The translations under genes were made by a program, and so were the position numbers. Shown here one piece after another: positions 60,545-62,000 of a stretch of DNA of 62,000 nucleotides. Below the pieces are notes generated by a model that saw only the letters and a list, made by a program, of their open reading frames with translations, ran no database searches and was not told the origin of the DNA. Each line of letters begins with the position of its first letter. The stretch's first letter is position 1. This stretch comes from Chiloscyllium plagiosum (lineage: Eukaryota): positions 11,127,745 through 11,189,744 of the forward strand of contig NC_057749.1 of assembly GCF_004010195.1 (NCBI RefSeq). Direction: 5' to 3'.

Positions 60545-61468
60545 TCACAAGGAGGAGGTGTTAGCAATTCTGGAAAGTGTGAAAATAGATAAGTCCCCTG
60601 GGCCGGAGGGATTTAGAGCTGAAAATGTGTTGCTGGAAAAGCGCAGGAGGTCAGGCAGCATCCAAGGAGCAGGAGAATCAACGTTTCGGACATGAACCCT
60701 TCTTCAGGCTCAATTCTCAATTTCTCAGGAGAAACGTCAATTCTCCTGCTCCTTGGATGCTGCCTGACCTGCTGCGCTTTTCCAGCAACACATTTTCAGC
60801 TCTGATCTCCAGCATCTGCAGTCCTCACTTTCTCCTCCCGGATGGGATTTATCCTAGGATTCTCTGGGAAGCCAGGGAGGAGATTGCAGATCCTTTGGCT
60901 TTGATCTTTATGTCATCATTGTCTTCAAGAATAGTACCAGAAGACTGGAGGATAGCAATGTTGCCCCCTTGTTCAAGAAGGGAAGTAGAGACAACCATAG
61001 TAATTATAGACCAGTGAGACTGACTTCTGTTGTGGGTAAAGTGTTGAAAAAGGTTAGAAGAGATAGGATTTATAATCATCTATAAAGGAATATAGTATTA
61101 CAGCTGTGGAAAGGACGATGGATGAAGACTCGCCATCTGAGGTAGTTTGGGCTGAGGTTAGGAATAGGAAAGGTGAGTTCACCCTGTTAGGAGTTTTTTA
61201 CAGGCCTCCTAATAGTCCTAGAAACGTAGAAGAAAGGATTGCGAGGATGATTCAAGACAAGAGTGAAAGTAATAAGATGGTTGTTATGGGGGCTTTAACT
61301 TTCCTGATATTGATTGGGAAAGCTAGAGCTCAAGTTCATTAGATGGGTCAGTGTTTGTCCAATGTGTGCAGGAGGGTTTCCTGACACAATATGTAGATAG
61401 GCCAACAAGAGGTGAGGCCATACTGGATTTGGTTCTGGGTAACGAACCAGGCCAGGTATTAGAATTGT
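60545..61468 (+). mobile_element. CR1 fragments (pre-RT segment, then endonuclease segment)
   Basis: DKSPGP, GIYPRILWEAR; VWAEVRNRKG..GVFYRPPNS. Confidence 0.8.
60616..60837. mobile_element. Penelope-derived fold-back mini-element
   Basis: TSD ccgga(t)gggattta; inverted arms plus tail. Confidence 0.85.
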
Positions 61469-62000
61469 GTGGGGTGTGATCACCACCGATCGAACATGCC
61501 CTGAGGAGCTGGGCACTACTGACCAAGATGAGCCAGTGGTTACCTGGAGCCACCAGTTACCTGCTCTAATTTGCCTGCCTGGAATTATGGCATCTCCAAC
61601 ACAGGGGAGAATAGCAAACTGCATGTAAATGAGGCAACAATAGCCAGTAGTGAGATGTTAATGGTTGCAGATGAGCTTCTCACCACTGGCTGGTGAGATT
61701 CTTGGCTCACCGTTCAAACTTTGTGTGGAATATTGGAGTCAATGTTGAGAATCTAATTTTGCCAATCTCAGCATATTTTTCCCATTGGCCACATTGTTCA
61801 GAGACTGTCTCCGTTATCTACCAGGTCAGATTTCATTTTGTAGTCTGACTTGTCCAGTTCTATCATGAGCTGGTTTCATAACACTGTGTGAAAGAATGAC
61901 ATTGAGGGACATGGAGATATGCAAGTAGCTGCAGTGAAGAGAGATGATCAGCCATGGTTGAAGATGACAGGGCAATTTTGAGGGGCTGAATGGCCTATTT

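Overview
Eukaryotic, vertebrate, intron-type DNA, most likely from a shark or other cartilaginous fish (inferred from HE1-type SINEs, abundant CR1/HER1-like LINEs and Deu-domain SINEs). Most of the window is nested transposable elements, and nearly all ORFs in the six-frame track are TE fragments, antisense artefacts or N-gap artefacts. Four spliced host exons lie on the minus strand. Three belong to LRRC49 (24610-24697, 10325-10498, 9146-9251), and the middle one is a symmetric exon that I do not recall from human LRRC49. The fourth is a 132-bp exon of TSPEAR or a TSPEAR-like gene (55549-55680), whose position is hard to reconcile with LRRC49. Major elements are: (1) a decayed endogenous retrovirus retaining RNaseH-IN-env-PPT-3'LTR (~11.9-15.7 kb); (2) a near full-length L1-clade LINE with a TSD (15.8-22.2 kb); (3) a Gmr1-type Gypsy element with integrase before RT, inflated to 24 kb by nested insertions (25.9-50.1 kb); (4) a second ERV with LTR-PBS(Pro)-gag-RNaseH-IN inside the Gypsy LTR. 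There are also about ten Penelope-derived insertions, mostly small fold-back units. They carry minimal hammerhead-ribozyme cores, and seven have 12-15 bp TSDs. All protein identities come from recalled motifs and sequences, not from database searches.
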